From contig CAXHJY010001396.1 in NCBI GenBank assembly GCA_964016885.1, positions 34,001 to 98,000 on the forward strand: a DNA stretch of 64,000 nt, read 5' to 3'. The DNA comes from Eledone cirrhosa (Eukaryota). Below the pieces are notes generated by a model. That model worked only from the letters and a program-made list of their open reading frames with translations, did not search any database and was not told the DNA's origin. Of this stretch, positions 24,452-37,688 are shown piece by piece. The first letter of the stretch is position 1. Every line of letters begins with the position of its first letter. A program made the translations under genes and the position numbers.

Positions 24452-24487
24452 TTCACCTGAAGAAGGGCTTATGCCCGAAACGTCGTT
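24452..24487 (+). ncRNA. Minimal type I hammerhead in PLE pseudo-LTR
   Basis: CTGAAGA-A-GGGC TTAT GCCC-GAAAC-GTC, followed by AATAAA at ~24523; stem I is weak. Confidence 0.65.
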
Positions 24488-25000
24488 CCCCACCCCCACC
24501 CCACTCTCAAGAGCGTGAAATTAATAAACATTCGTTGTACTGCCTCTCTGTTTTGTTCCTGTTCAAATTTTCCATTATATATAATACACGCTCACACGGC
24601 TTCCATTCCTTTGGAATATAACTTAACTACCGGCTCAACCCCGATCTAATCCGCCGTGACCACTCTCTGAACTTTACACACCTTCCCACACTTGTTCTTT
24701 CCTTCCACGCATTACCTTTGTTTGATTTTGTTACTGTACTTGTTTATTTCCGTATCTGATTTTTTGCCTGTGTTTTTACAATTTTATTTCTATGATTTTC
24801 TGTTCACGATTGCCTGTGTTTTTACCTTTATGATTTTTTGTCTTTAATTTTCCTGTGTATACTCTCCCCTCTTTACGTTTTTCTGTTTCATTTTCCCTTC
24901 CCCGTCTCTGCCTATCCTTCGCACTCACTCCTTCGTTCACTCCACCCCGCTTCACCCACCTGCTTTCTCATCCCTCCCCTGCTTTCACCCAACGCCCACC

Positions 25001-27620
25001 ATGCCCAGCCTGAGATCCTTTCTCCACCAACTACACACTAGCCTCAAACTTTTCCTCACCACCCTCCTCCCACCCTGCTATCTCCCCTCTGCCCTTCAAC
25101 TCTCCTACCTTCTCTTCGCCAAAACCCGGCACTCCAGCCACATCCATTTCCTCAGCCACTGCCACCGCCTCCACCTTATCCCCCTCGGCTTCCGTCTACA
25201 CTTCCACCCTTCCCCCGCCGCTTCCCCCTCCACGCAACGTATCCTCACCCGATCCTCACGCCTCCTGATGCGCAACTCCATCCGCGCCTCCCGTTCCACC
25301 CTCCGCCAACTTGACCACCAACTGACTCCCACCCTCCTCCGCCTTAACTCCACCTGCCACCCCCTCCTCGCCCAAGCCATCCTCTCCTTCATCCAAAACC
25401 TCAACCACGACCTCTTCTCCTTCCTCATCTCCACCAAAGCCCGCAAGCTACACTCACTCCTCCCAACCACCCCCATCCACCACCACCAGCCCATCCCCAT
25501 GAGCCCACCACTCTCCAACCCTCCCTCACCCCCCCCCCATCCAATCTCCCCCCTCACCCGACACACCCAAACCCCACCACTTGTTGTCACCATACCCTCT
25601 GACCTCCCCCTCTCCGCACCTGAGCGCTCACTCCTTAGTAGAGGCCTCCGCTTCATACCCCACACTCCGCACAGCGACGAGTTCCGCACCCGAACGGAAG
25701 TCGAGCGATTCGTGCGACGCACGAAGCTACAGGCACATTTCGGCCGAACGCCCCAGACCCGTTTCTCGCCCTGGGCCGACGACCATCTTCTTGGACGCCG
25801 GCCCCAGGGCAATTTAGCACCCTGGACGCGTTCGTCGATGCCAGCCGTAGCGCCGTAAATCGTTTCGACTTCCGCCACCGTTCCAAACGGAATAATATCT
25901 CACGGGGCGAACTCCTCGCTCTCCGCTCCCTCCGTAGCCGAGATGACATCGTCATCAAACCGGCGGACAAGGGGGGCGCCGTGGTGGTGTGGCGCGCGGA
26001 CCTCTACACGGCCGAAGCCCTCAGGCAGCTCCGTAACCCCCTCTTCTACCGCCCTCTACCCTCCGATCCCACACCCTCTACAAACAACAAGTTTCCTCCA
26101 CCATCCAACACCTTGTCTCCCCCCCCCCCCACTGCTTCCCACCTCATCGTCCGCACCCCCCGCACCCCCACCATCTACTTCCTCCCCAAACTCCACAAAC
26201 CCGACAACCCCGGCCGCCCCATCGTCTCCGCTTGCAACTGCCCCACCGAACTCATCTCCGCCTTTCTCGACTCCATCCTCGCCCCCCTTGTCACAACCCT
26301 CCCCTCCCACATCTCCGACACCAACCACGCCCTGCGCCTTTTCGACTCCTTCACCTACCCACCCGGCCCACAGCCCTTCCTCTTCACCCTAGACATCAAG
26401 TCCCTCTATACCGTCATCCCCCCACGCCGACGGCCTACACGCCCTCAAACACTACTTCGACCTTCGCCCCTCCCCCATTCCCTCCACCCCCACCCTCCTT
26501 CGCCTCGCCGAGCTGGTCGTCACCCTCAATTGTTTCTCCTTCTCGGGTGAGTTTTACCAACAGGTCACGGGGGTAGCCATGGGTACAAGAATGGGCCCGA
26601 ACTATGCCAACCTTTTTGTTGGCCATGTTGAGGCCCAAATCTTTGCCCAGTACACCGGCCCCACGCCCGAACTGTACGGTCGTTACATCGACGACTGTAT
26701 CGGAGCCACGACCCTCACCCGAGAACAGCTCGACTCCTTTCTCTCCTTCTTCTGCTCCTTCCACCCCTCCCTCCACTTCACCACCTCTATCTCCACCACC
26801 CACGTCCACTTCTTAGACATCTCCGTCGCCTTCGACCCCTCCCACCACTCCCTCGTCACCTCCGCCTTCTTCAAACCCACTGACTCCCACTCTTACCTCG
26901 ACTTCACCTCTTCCCACCCCACACACACTAAACACTCTATTCCCTACTCCCAACTCCTCAGGATCCGCCGCCTCTGTAGCCGAGATGCTGACTTCGAGTC
27001 CCAGGCCCTTTCCCTAGTCAGCTATTTCATCCGCAGAGGTTACCCCCCCCCTCTCTCGTCCACACCGCTCTCACCAGCGCCCGTGCTGTCCACCGCTCCA
27101 CCACCCTCACCCCACGCCACCGCACACCCATCCACCGTCTCCCCTTCCCCATCACCTACCACCCATCCACCGCACCATCCGCCGCCTCTTCCGACGCCTC
27201 CAGTCCGACCCCTCCACCTCCCACATCTTCCCAACCCCACCACTCCCCTCCTTCAAATGCGCACGCAATCTCTCCGCACCCTCCTCGTCCACAGCTCCCT
27301 ACCCCCCAACCCACGCTCTCTTTCCCGCCCCCCGTTTCCTTTCCCTGTTCTAGGCCCCGCTGCAACACCTGTCCCCACATCACCAACACCACCACCTTCC
27401 AGGGTCCCAACGGCCACTCTCTCTCTGTCCGGCATGCCTTCCGCTGCACCTCCTCCAACCTAGTCTACGGACTTCGCCGGACAGACGGGACGTCGCCTGG
27501 CGGACAGATTCACTGAGCACCTCCGGGATATTCGTCTCGGTGGTAGTTCCCCCATCGCCCGCCACTTTGGTGCCCCTGGACATTCCGCACGCCACCTCAC
27601 AGTCTGTGGCCTACTCCAAT
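25001..27620 (+). mobile_element. Neptune-clade Penelope-like element ORF (RT + Cys linker + GIY-YIG), frameshifted
   Basis: HIHFLSHC..LIPLGF N-terminus, IVIKPADKGGAVVV, YFLPKLHK..PGRPIVS, LDIKSLY, GVAMGTRMGPNYAN, RYIDD, PCSRPRCNTC, GQTGRRLADRFTEHL. Confidence 0.9.
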
Positions 27621-28286
27621 GCCCTAATTATAGACAAAACACAACCACAAATCAATAATAGACTAGAACTCAACACCCAATTTATAACTTGATAGAGCAT
27701 CTAGCCCCATATTTACACCACCACCCCACCCACACACACGCACACACACACACGCACATACACACACACATGCGTGCGCGCGCTTACACCTCCACTTATT
27801 CTCTCTCTCACACACACACACATACACACACAAAGACCAGTTCTAACACGAGATAACATCTATCCCCCACATTTTCGTATAGACATATCTTCTCACACTC
27901 ACACACACACATACTTACACCTCACACATTCTCCCACACACTTAAACAGGCATGTACAAAAAAACTTTTCAAGGGAGACTACTCTTTATCCACCTAACCT
28001 TAACTCTTTGACATTAGAGATAGAACTCTATACCATTTCCTGTCCGCATGACTTGGCAAGCTATTTAGAACACTGGTTTAACCGCTTTACTTCCCTCCGA
28101 AGAAGAGATATTATCTCGAAAATTAGGACATTTAAATAAATCTAAGGTAAAAGACTAATTGTCAACAATATCTTTTGCATTTGCATTCTTTATTCTATGT
28201 CCATACCTGCATTCTTTTGGCTTTATTATACATATACAAACGTTTATACCTCATTACACAATGCTTCAAGTGAACTATAACTTCCT

Positions 28287-28346
<60 letters not shown>

Positions 28347-28400
28347 GTTTTTTTTATATATACACATGTGTGTGTGCGCATGTATATATGTGTGTATATG

Positions 28401-28467
<67 letters not shown>

Positions 28468-28560
28468 ATATTTAGTAAAATCTCTATATATATACATATA
28501 TATATATATATATTATGGAATACTGTTGGCTTTTTGCTACAATATTTTCTATACCTTTCA

Positions 28561-28621
<61 letters not shown>

Positions 28622-29567
28622 ATGTATGTGTTTGTGTATATATTCATGTGTGAGTGTCTGTGTAAGTGCGTGTGTATATATGTGTGTCTATAATTGCGCG
28701 TGTATATGTGTGTCTATGTTTATATATAAAAACTTTCTTGTCCGTATTTCTTATCTCTATATTCTATATAAGTTTATATACGCATAATTTTGCACAGAAT
28801 ATTATGCTTGCATTTTATAAATGCGTTTGTATGCATGTACGTATTATTGTGTGTGTGTGTGTGTGTATTTATATGTATATATATATTATAGAATACTGTT
28901 AGCTTCTCGCTAAAACAATTTCTATACGTTTCATTTATACTTATACTCGGATTCTTTTCCTTGAGTGCTTAAATTATCTGTGACTAATCCCGGTTTTTTT
29001 ATAAAAACTGCGATAATATTGCTGTTTGCTGAACTCCTTTTGTAGAGTTTTTTTTTTCGGAATGTATTTGACTGTTATTTCTTGTAAACAAACATTCATT
29101 TTCATCCTGACGTCACTAGCCCCGTTTTTCCTCATGTGCGTTTTTCATAATCACGCATGATGGTGAACTAGCCAGTTTTAGAATTCCCTTTTTGGCTTAT
29201 AATTCTGCGGGAGCCCTGGTTATCTGTTGAGCTCTGCTGACGATTGAAATCCAACCGTGACCATCTCCACTGAAAGTTTTCATGAAATAATCTTTAAGAC
29301 TATACAGAGCATTTGATGTTTTTCCAAATTGAAGGATGAGTATTTTAAACTTTATTTTATCATGAGTTAAGGGTCTATTGATTCTTCCCTGGATTTCACT
29401 AAATTCTGTGGATGAATTTGTATCCTGATTCTCTTTTGAGATGAGTTTGAATTATTTTTCCTACATCTTACGTTAACTATTTTTCCCATCTTGACGACAT
29501 AGTCGCATATATATATTATAGAATACTGTTAGCTTCTCGCTAAAACAATTTCTATACCTTTCATTTG

Positions 29568-29647
<80 letters not shown>

Positions 29648-29721
29648 TGATAGTAGCTAAGATGCTCCCATAGGCGGTATGCCGGTTGAGCACTCTATGC
29701 TCTTACAGAGCAGAGTATGTG

Positions 29722-29765
<44 letters not shown>

Positions 29766-29891
29766 TACATATGTGTGTTTATGTTTATGTATCTATGTGT
29801 GTGTGTATGTTTGTATGTATGTCTATGTATGTATATATGTGTGTGTGTTTGATTGTATACATATGTATGTATATGTATATATATATACAGT

Positions 29892-29965
<74 letters not shown>

Positions 29966-30193
29966 TTGTATGTGTATATATATATTTCTAGTTACATTCT
30001 CTTATGTAATTATTTGTATTTTTGTTCACCATTGTGTTTATGTACAAGTTGCGCGTGTGTTTGTATTTAAACCTTACTATTTTTTTTTTTTCGCCCATCT
30101 GGACATTTGGATACATATATCCCGAAATGTGCTTATGTTTGTATACTCACGCATGTATATATGTGTATGTATGTGTATGTATATATGTGTATG

Positions 30194-30279
<86 letters not shown>

Positions 30280-31513
30280 TGTGTGTGTATGTGTATATGT
30301 ACGTGTGTATGTATGTATGTATGTATATATGTGTGTATGTACCTATGTTTATGTGTATGTATGTGTGTATATATCATTAAAAGGAAACTATATATATTAG
30401 AATAATTAAATACAGAAGTAAATATAACCATTCATTAAATGAAATAAAATTATAGAGAGTAAATATAACCACTGTTGGATTCTAAGAAATAAATGAAAAT
30501 TAAATAATAACAAAGTTTTCATAAAGCGAATTTCTAAATTAATTTGGATAATAAATGAACAAAATATTATATGCATTGATGGGGATATATGGATGGTATA
30601 TTTTAATAGATATTTAATAATTATTTAATTGCGCTTTAAAGATTAATTCTTTTAAAGTTGTAGTAAAATATTAATAGAATATCTTACCTTAAAATTAAAA
30701 ATTATAATAATCTTTAATGAGCTAAATTAAATTATATAAATTTGTAAATATTTGATTGCTATAGAAAGTAATCTATACCTAATAATCTGGATATAATATA
30801 AAAGTATAATTAGCTAAAGCGTAATCCAATACAAGCGATATTTATTGATATATGTGAATAGATTTTTGATTTCTTATTTTATCTAGCATTTGAATACAAC
30901 GGTTTTTTTATTCTCCCCTTCTATTTCATATTTTTCCTTTTCCTTTTCTTCGTTTTTCTTTATTCCCCTTCGTTTTCTCTTTAATCTCCCCACATCTTCC
31001 CTTTCTTTTGTTTTTATTCCTCTTTTCTTTTATATCTTTTTTTTTCTTCTTTTATTCATTCATCCATTTATTTATTTTTTTATTCATTTACATATTTATT
31101 TATTTATGTATTTGTTTATTTCTTGCCTTTTCCTCTTCTTTGCATCCCCCTTCTATATTTTTAACTTGCTCTACGTCCTTTTCTTCTTTAAGTTTATCAT
31201 ATTATTTGTGGTATAAAAACGTTGAGATTTGGTGAAATAAATCACTGCCAATACTGGAATTGAATGATCAAAACCGTAGCGGTATGTCACATATCAAATC
31301 TTGATTATGAGAATATTTTTCATTTATTAACATTTTGAATAATATGTATATATATATATTTATTAATTTTCCCCATAACCTTACGTTCTATTTTCCCGTT
31401 ATTTTATTTTATTTTATTTCTTATCTTTATTTTTTATTATATATCAGCCTCGCTTTCAATTGTTTTAGCCTTTGTTTTTAAATTCATATCTTACGTCCAT
31501 ATTAAATTTTAAT

Positions 31514-31586
31514 TTTTATTCTGATGAGCGATTTCAGACGTCTGTGCTGAGCTCGTCTGTCTTCGTGAAACCTTTGGTAAATGGAA
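31514..31586 (+). ncRNA. Type I hammerhead ribozyme
   Basis: TTTTATT-CTGATGA-GCGA...TCGT-GAAACC TTT GGTA-AATGGAA; GUA cleavage triplet. Confidence 0.7.
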
Positions 31587-31634
31587 TAATTGTCTTATGT
31601 TGTTTATTACATAACTATATATATATATATATAT

Positions 31635-31685
31635 AGTTTCAGAAGATCCCGTTGAGGGTGAAAGCAGCGATTCTTTGCTTAAACT
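31635..31685 (+). ncRNA. Hammerhead-like motif with variant CAGAAGA core (related copies 37549-37599 +, 48720-48755 - partial, 50371-50421 -)
   Basis: AGTTT-CAGAAGA-T CCC GTTGA GGG T-GAA AGCAG...TTGCT T-AAACT: all three stems pair. Confidence 0.55.
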
Positions 31686-31770
31686 TTAATCTGTTCATAT
31701 AATAAGTATATATATATATATATATATACCGTCGGGGTCATACTTTTTCATATATATATATATATATATA

Positions 31771-32080
31771 TAAAATAAAGTTAAATAAAAGTCAAATGAT
31801 TAAAATTTAGCTTCGTTTATTACTGCTATATATATTTCAGTGACAGCCATCTTTGGCTGTGACCTCTTCAGGCAGTTTGAATTAGTATGGTATAGACAAG
31901 TACATGTCACTGAAATATATATAGCAGTAATAAACGAAGCTAAATTTTAATCATTTGACTTTTATTTAACTTTATTTTACACTACTCCGGAGTAACCAAA
32001 CCAACCTGCGCACTTCGTCGAGTGCTCCAGCCTGCATACTGAGGTGTTGGTATACAACCAACATAAACTCAAAATCTCTC
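31771..32080. mobile_element. Second copy of the 8510-9048 PLE pLTR family as a fold-back; hammerhead on - strand at 31822-31876
   Basis: Near-identical to 8607-8742 followed by an inverted segment; (TA)n on both sides. Confidence 0.8.
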
Positions 32081-32519
32081 TCTATATATATATATATATA
32101 TATAGGAAAAAGTATGACCCCGACGGCAGAGCTCAAGCCGTTTCGACGGCTATTTCTGGACTAAATTAGAATGTTTAGCCTGGTGAATAAATAGTCGAAC
32201 TTGTCAAGGGGGTACTTCTTTATATGGGAAAATTGTAGTTGTCAAGAGGATTGGTTAAAATTTGTTGTAAACACAAATAAGTCTATCATGGCATTTGGTG
32301 GGAGGAAGGGGTGGCTGAACTTGCCTGTAGAACAATAGGGGTATGAGTGGAGCGGTCAAGCGTTGAAAGTGATATGTATACAGCAGATTCTAAGGATAGT
32401 GTATGAAGTGGAGCAGGGAGGTTATAGAATAGGTAAATCGAATGAGAGTAGGAGACAATAAAAGATAATAGAAAGAAATAAAAAAATATATAAAATTAGA
32501 TAGTGAGAAATGAATAAAA

Positions 32520-33408
32520 TAAATTCCTGTTACCTCTGTGGCAATAGAGGTCACCTGAGGGCTGCCTGTCCCCAGCTCACACAGAAAAAAACACTGCTAC
32601 CAACACCAACACCACCCCAACTACAACACCACCCCAACCACAACAACAACAACAACAAAAACCAACAACCCCACCACCACCACCACAACAACAACAACAA
32701 CAAACACGTGAAAAAATAACACAGAATACTGTCCCACCTAACCCCTCCTCACCCAAAACAAATACAAAAACACACACACCGCAAACACTACCAGAAAACA
32801 TACCCCTCCCACCCAACAAGGAAGACGAACCCCTTTCGTCGCAAGACGAAAAAGATCCCTTCCAACAAGTAAAAAGAAAGAAGAGAAGACGCACCACAGA
32901 CACACATGTTAACTTTAACCCCCCCCCCCCCCCCAAGAGAACACAAACTACACACAAACCACCCCTCCCTGTCACACAACACTAACTGCTACACAAAAAA
33001 AGACCTTACAATACACATACATGAACACAGACAACAAATAATTACGGAAAACAATTTCAGCAAACCCTTCGGTCCAAACTGAAGGGCCTAACTTTATAAC
33101 TGCTGTGGGACTACCTCATTTAAAAATGATAAAAGTCCCAATGCACTTGTACAAAACACTGAAAATAAATTTCACGGAGGACGTGCCCCCCCCCCCCCCC
33201 CCCCTGCGCCGAACCAATCAACTGCGTCCTCCTAAAAAAATTTCACCCCCCACCCCCACCCCACCCAGACACCCACTCAACCACAAACACCCCAACCCCA
33301 CAACACACCGATGCCCCTTCACTTCCACAAACCACCACCCCACCCAACAACCCATCCCCAACCAGCATGGAAATTGAGCGGCCCGTTTCCCGGGACGCAG
33401 AGAGGTAA
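32520..33408 (+). pseudogene. 5'-truncated, frameshifted Tx1-type ORF1
   Basis: CYLCGNRGHLRAAC knuckle; colinear with 1-800 (minus); frameshifts in poly-C runs; stop TAA at 33406-33408. Confidence 0.85.
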
Positions 33409-33432
33409 GTGCCTTTTCTCTTTACCACCAAC

Positions 33433-36201
33433 ATGGCTGTGCTAAGAGTAGGGTGTCTAAATGCGCGTGGCCTGGGCTCGTCTTGGAAGCAAGCAATGCT
33501 TCTAAATGACCTCAGGTCACAATCTATAAATGTGATGGTTATCTGCGAGACCCGGATCAGCAGCATGCGACAGCTAGCCCCCACCTTTGACGACTTTGAG
33601 ATGCACGCATCTCTCTGTCAGCCCGGAGGTGGGGGTGGGGTTGTCGTTCTGCTGCAAAAACATATGGGCCTTGCAACACAGATAGTTCACTTGGACCCAG
33701 GGGGTCGACTGGTGGTGCTGGACCTTGGCAGTGGTGAAGGTGGAGCCTTTAGGCTGGTAGCCGCATATGCCCCTTTTGGGACAGAGCGGCCCGACTTTTT
33801 CCAGCGTCTGGAGTCTTTTCTAGGGACGTCCCGTTCCCTGCTTTTAGTGGGGGATTGGAATGGTATCCTGGATGCACGTTGGGACTATGCAGGGGCATGT
33901 CCCGATAGAGAGGGGTGCAACAGCCTCAAGGGGTTACTCGACCGATTTGACCTGGCCGATAGATTTCGACTAGATTTTCCGACGGTGCCAACCTGGTCTT
34001 GGTCAAATCGCAGCGGATCATTTAGGTCGTACCTAGATAGATTTTTAGTTAGAAATAAGGACAGGGACTTTTTAAGTTGTCCAGAAATGCTCATGGTTGG
34101 CTATTCAGACCACAAGTTGGTGACCTGCATGGTCAACCTTGATAGAACGCATAGACAGGGCCCCGGTTACTGGAAGCTCAACTTGTCCTTGCCGGCAAGT
34201 AGAGCCTACAGGGATCGGATTAGTACGTTAGTTAAGGAACGATTGACTGGAGCGATCGTCAACAGCAGGTGGTGGGTATCTCTAAAGAGAGAGATTAGAG
34301 TAGTCTCGATAGAATTTAGTAAGGTTCTAGCTGCGGATAGGAGTAGGAAGGAAAGGGAGCTAATAGATAGAGTAGAAGAGGCAATTAGAAGCGGCGACGT
34401 GGCCAGAGTGCTAGCGTCGAGAACGGCTTTGAGCCAGTTTTTCGACGCGAAGCACGAAGGCTACGTTGTCCGAAGTAAAATACGTGCTCTAGGGAACGAT
34501 GGGACCAAAGCTGTTAGCTGGGCCCGCGTGACAGAGGCCAACAGTGGAACTAAATCCACTATCCGGTCTTTGCGAGACCTTGATGGACGGGCGATTCTTG
34601 AGCCTAAGCAGATGTGTGAGGCCTTTCAAAGGCACTTTGCCCGACTGTTCGGGAGGGGCGGGGGGCCGGTTGGGAATGTGGACTTCGGTCCATACCTCGA
34701 CGGCCTGCCGCGTCTCTCGGACAGGGAGGCGAAGTCCTGCGAGGAGCCGATTTCGGCCGCTGAGATAGAGGACGTGCTGGGCCAATGCGGCAAACGCAAA
34801 TCCCCGGGTCTCGATGGTCTTCCTTACGAATTATATCTAGCTATGCCGGACTTGTTCCCCGATCTCCTCGAGGCGGTCTACTGCAACTGGCAACAGAACG
34901 GCAGAATTCCCTGTACTGTGACCAAGGGCGTAGTCACGCTAGTGAGGAAGGACGAGAACAAGGGGGACGAAATAAGTAACTTCAGGCCCATAACTCTGCT
35001 AAATACAAAGTTACAGATTTTGGCCAAGGTGCTAGCAAAGAGGTTGGCGCTTGTCGTGGGCAACCTGGTGGGAGATGCGCAGACATGCGCTATCCCGTCC
35101 AGGTCCATCCATGACAACCTCCACCTAATGCGATACATCATAGAGAGGGTTGGGAACGAACCCGGCTTTGGTGGGGCTCTGATCAACTTGGATCAATCTA
35201 AGGCGTTCGATAGGGTCGACCATGGTTATCTGGATGCGGTGCTAGCGGCGGCAGGCTTCGGACCCGTTTTCAGGGGCTGGATCACTGCTATGCACAGCAG
35301 CCGCATCTGCTCTAGGGTCAAGGTGAACGGCTACCTCTCGGAGCCGTTCAAAATCGCGCGGTCCATCCGACAAGGGTGCCATCTCTCCTCCCTTCTGTAT
35401 GTGTTGACTCTCGAGCCACTACTGCGGAAGTTGGAGTTGTTGCAGGGCATCCCGTTGGAACCGGGATTGCGGAAAGCGGTGTCGGCCTACGCCGATGACG
35501 TGACAGTAATGGTGTCGACGGCCTCCGAAATCGAGGCGGTCGGCACCTTACTGGAGGAGTACGAAAGGTTCACAGGGGCTAAGCTGAACCGGGACAAGTC
35601 GATCGGTTTGCAACTCGGCACGTGGAGGGGAAGACCGATGCCCTCCGATGGCGTCGTCGGACGCTGGACGGAGGGCCCGGTGAAGTTGCTCGGGGTCTGG
35701 TTCGGACCGGACCTCCAGGTGGAGAAAAACTGGGCGGAGGTTACGAACAGGGTGTTTGCACTGACCCAGAAGTGGGCCAGTTGCAAACTATCCCTGAAAG
35801 GTCGGGCGGAGGTGGCGAACACCTATATAGCGTCCGTCATCTACTACCGCCTGACCGTAGTGCCCTGCCCAAGGGAAACCCTCACCAAGATGGAGCGCGC
35901 GCTCTTCCAATTCCTTTGGAAGAGGCGGGCTCCTATGGTGAGGAGATCCATCTGCTGTCAACACCCTTCGAAAGGAGGGCTGGGGATGCCGTGGCTAATG
36001 ATGCGTAAACACGCATTAAGGCTACGGCACCTCTACGTATTCCTCACCGGTCAACCGGTGTGGGCCTCGTTTGTGAGACGAACCTTTCCCAGACTCGTCT
36101 CACTCACCGAGCTGCAATCCTGGGTCAAGCAAAGACCGAGAAAACTGGGCGCCTGGCAGTACATGATCGGTACATTATATGGAAGGAATATATCAGGTTA
36201 A
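33433..36201 (+). CDS. Tx1/L1-clade ORF2 (APE endonuclease + reverse transcriptase), 3'-truncated near 36163
   Basis: LNARGL, ICETR, GDWN, YLDRF, SDH (APE); GYWKLN, KSPGLDGLP, FRPITLLN, LDQSKAFDRV, RQGCHLS, YADD, KGGLGMP. The C-terminal Cys-rich domain is missing. Confidence 0.93.
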   Translation: MAVLRVGCLNARGLGSSWKQAMLLNDLRSQSINVMVICETRISSMRQLAPTFDDFEMHASLCQPGGGGGVVVLLQKHMGLATQIVHLDPGGRLVVLDLGSGEGGAFRLVAAYAPFGTERPDFFQRLESFLGTSRSLLLVGDWNGILDARWDYAGACPDREGCNSLKGLLDRFDLADRFRLDFPTVPTWSWSNRSGSFRSYLDRFLVRNKDRDFLSCPEMLMVGYSDHKLVTCMVNLDRTHRQGPGYWKLNLSLPASRAYRDRISTLVKERLTGAIVNSRWWVSLKREIRVVSIEFSKVLAADRSRKERELIDRVEEAIRSGDVARVLASRTALSQFFDAKHEGYVVRSKIRALGNDGTKAVSWARVTEANSGTKSTIRSLRDLDGRAILEPKQMCEAFQRHFARLFGRGGGPVGNVDFGPYLDGLPRLSDREAKSCEEPISAAEIEDVLGQCGKRKSPGLDGLPYELYLAMPDLFPDLLEAVYCNWQQNGRIPCTVTKGVVTLVRKDENKGDEISNFRPITLLNTKLQILAKVLAKRLALVVGNLVGDAQTCAIPSRSIHDNLHLMRYIIERVGNEPGFGGALINLDQSKAFDRVDHGYLDAVLAAAGFGPVFRGWITAMHSSRICSRVKVNGYLSEPFKIARSIRQGCHLSSLLYVLTLEPLLRKLELLQGIPLEPGLRKAVSAYADDVTVMVSTASEIEAVGTLLEEYERFTGAKLNRDKSIGLQLGTWRGRPMPSDGVVGRWTEGPVKLLGVWFGPDLQVEKNWAEVTNRVFALTQKWASCKLSLKGRAEVANTYIASVIYYRLTVVPCPRETLTKMERALFQFLWKRRAPMVRRSICCQHPSKGGLGMPWLMMRKHALRLRHLYVFLTGQPVWASFVRRTFPRLVSLTELQSWVKQRPRKLGAWQYMIGTLYGRNISG

Positions 36202-36329
36202 CGCTTGAAATAGCAGGAAATATATATAAAAAGTCTAAAGTCTGTCTTAAAACAGAAGGCTCATTTGGCCGGTGCTTATCCCGGTTTCATGGCGTGAAGC
36301 GACTGAGAATACAATTTAATTCGTTTCTG

Positions 36330-36618
36330 AAGGCCATTCGTCATCCGAAATGTTCGTATGCCGAAATTATTTTCCCCATACGAAATATTGAGAGAGACTG
36401 TGTGTGAAAGACAGATAGATATCACCATAGTAACTAATTACACAGCAAGCGATGCTTTCCAACTGACATCCCCAGCTTGTCGCCAACCGTTGTTGCCCAC
36501 CTTGCGTGTTCATTACTCGAGACTCTATTCGTCACACGAGACGTTTTATGTTCGGAAAAGTTGTTCGTGAACTGATTTGTTTCGTGATGAGAGACATTCG
36601 TGAACTGAGGTTCCACTG
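36330..36618. mobile_element. Tigger-like MITE remnant
   Basis: Right end TTCGTGAACTGAGGTTCCACTG (= CAGTGGAACCTCAGTT on -) with repeated TTCGT subterminal motifs. Confidence 0.45.
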
Positions 36619-36630
36619 GATATATATATA

Positions 36631-37357
36631 TAGTGGTGGAACACTGGAAGGTAATATCGGTAGTGGTAGAGCACTCAGTCCATGGGACGAGTTAGGTGGA
36701 AGTGGTTTAGCAGTATTAGTTGTTGATGTTATCGCCACATTAGCAGGGTGGTAGAATCAGTGGTCGTCACTTTAACAGGGTAGATGATTGAAGGTCGTTA
36801 GTTGCCAGTGTGGTAAGTGATAGTATCCTCGTTGGATTATCTTGTTGACATAGACGTGAGGGAAGGTCCCTCGATCTATTTACCATCTATTTACAATATT
36901 CCTTTCGTCAGGTCGCCAATTCCAGCAGCATGGACTAAAGATGTTATTGAGACACGAGTAACATAACAACGATTTCAACAGCAGCAATTAGAGATGAAAT
37001 GTCTGTTTATTTATATGGTTGAAGTTACAGATAAAAAGAGGTTACAAAAGGGAATGTGCCATTGCGCCGTTAAGCCGGCGAGGCTAGGGGTGCAATATCT
37101 CACTGTTACATTATGCGTGTTGCTGGCTTGAAGTTTCCGGTACAAGAGAGAGATTCTTCAAATCTTCGCGGGGAATTTCTTCCTCAGGGCGCGTAGGGAT
37201 ACATCCTCTTCTACTGGCGCTGATTGGCTGAACTGAGCCAAATCACGCACAGAGAATGTATGTGAGCCCGCGGAATGTAGGTCACTACAGTGGTTACACA
37301 ACAGTTAGTTCACCATACCGAGAACAATTGTTTCACCTTAGCGGATCCTCAGCTCGA
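36631..37357 (-). mobile_element. ORF-less PLE-pLTR-like module with hammerhead at 37319-37356 (-)
   Basis: Minus strand CGAG-CTGAGGA-T CC GCTAA GG T-GAAAC AATT GTT-CTCG; (TA)n flanks; deletion derivative at 48122-48298. Confidence 0.6.
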
Positions 37358-37395
37358 AATATATATATATATATAGATAAAGTAATAATAATTGT

Positions 37396-37510
37396 TCTAC
37401 TTTTGGCACAAGGCCAGCAATTACTCAGTGCATTACTGGTACTTTATTTTATCGACCCCGTAAGGATGAAAGGCAAAGTTAACCTCGGCGGGATTTGAAC
37501 TCAGAACATA
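37396..37510 (-). mobile_element. Meta-domain SINE fragment
   Basis: TTTATCGACCCCGTAAGGATGAAAGGCAAAGTTAACCTCGGCGGGATTTGAACTC. Confidence 0.75.
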
Positions 37511-37626
37511 AAGGGTCATATAAAGTAATAATAATGATAATGAGTTTTAGTTTCAGAAAATCCCGTTATGGGTGAAAGCAGCGATTCTTTGCTTAAACTT
37601 TAATCTGTTATTTTAATATATATATA

Positions 37627-37688
<62 letters not shown>

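Noticed and set aside
22559-24460. 633-aa ORF as a single gene
   Set aside because: It is a chimera: PLE RT/EN fragment + (TA)n + non-coding 333-bp tandem repeat.
28159-30431. Numerous [12 protein letters not shown] ORFs (also at 2.0-2.4, 39.1-39.6, 55.0-56.4 and 60.8-61.2 kb)
   Set aside because: These are translations of dinucleotide and tetranucleotide microsatellites.
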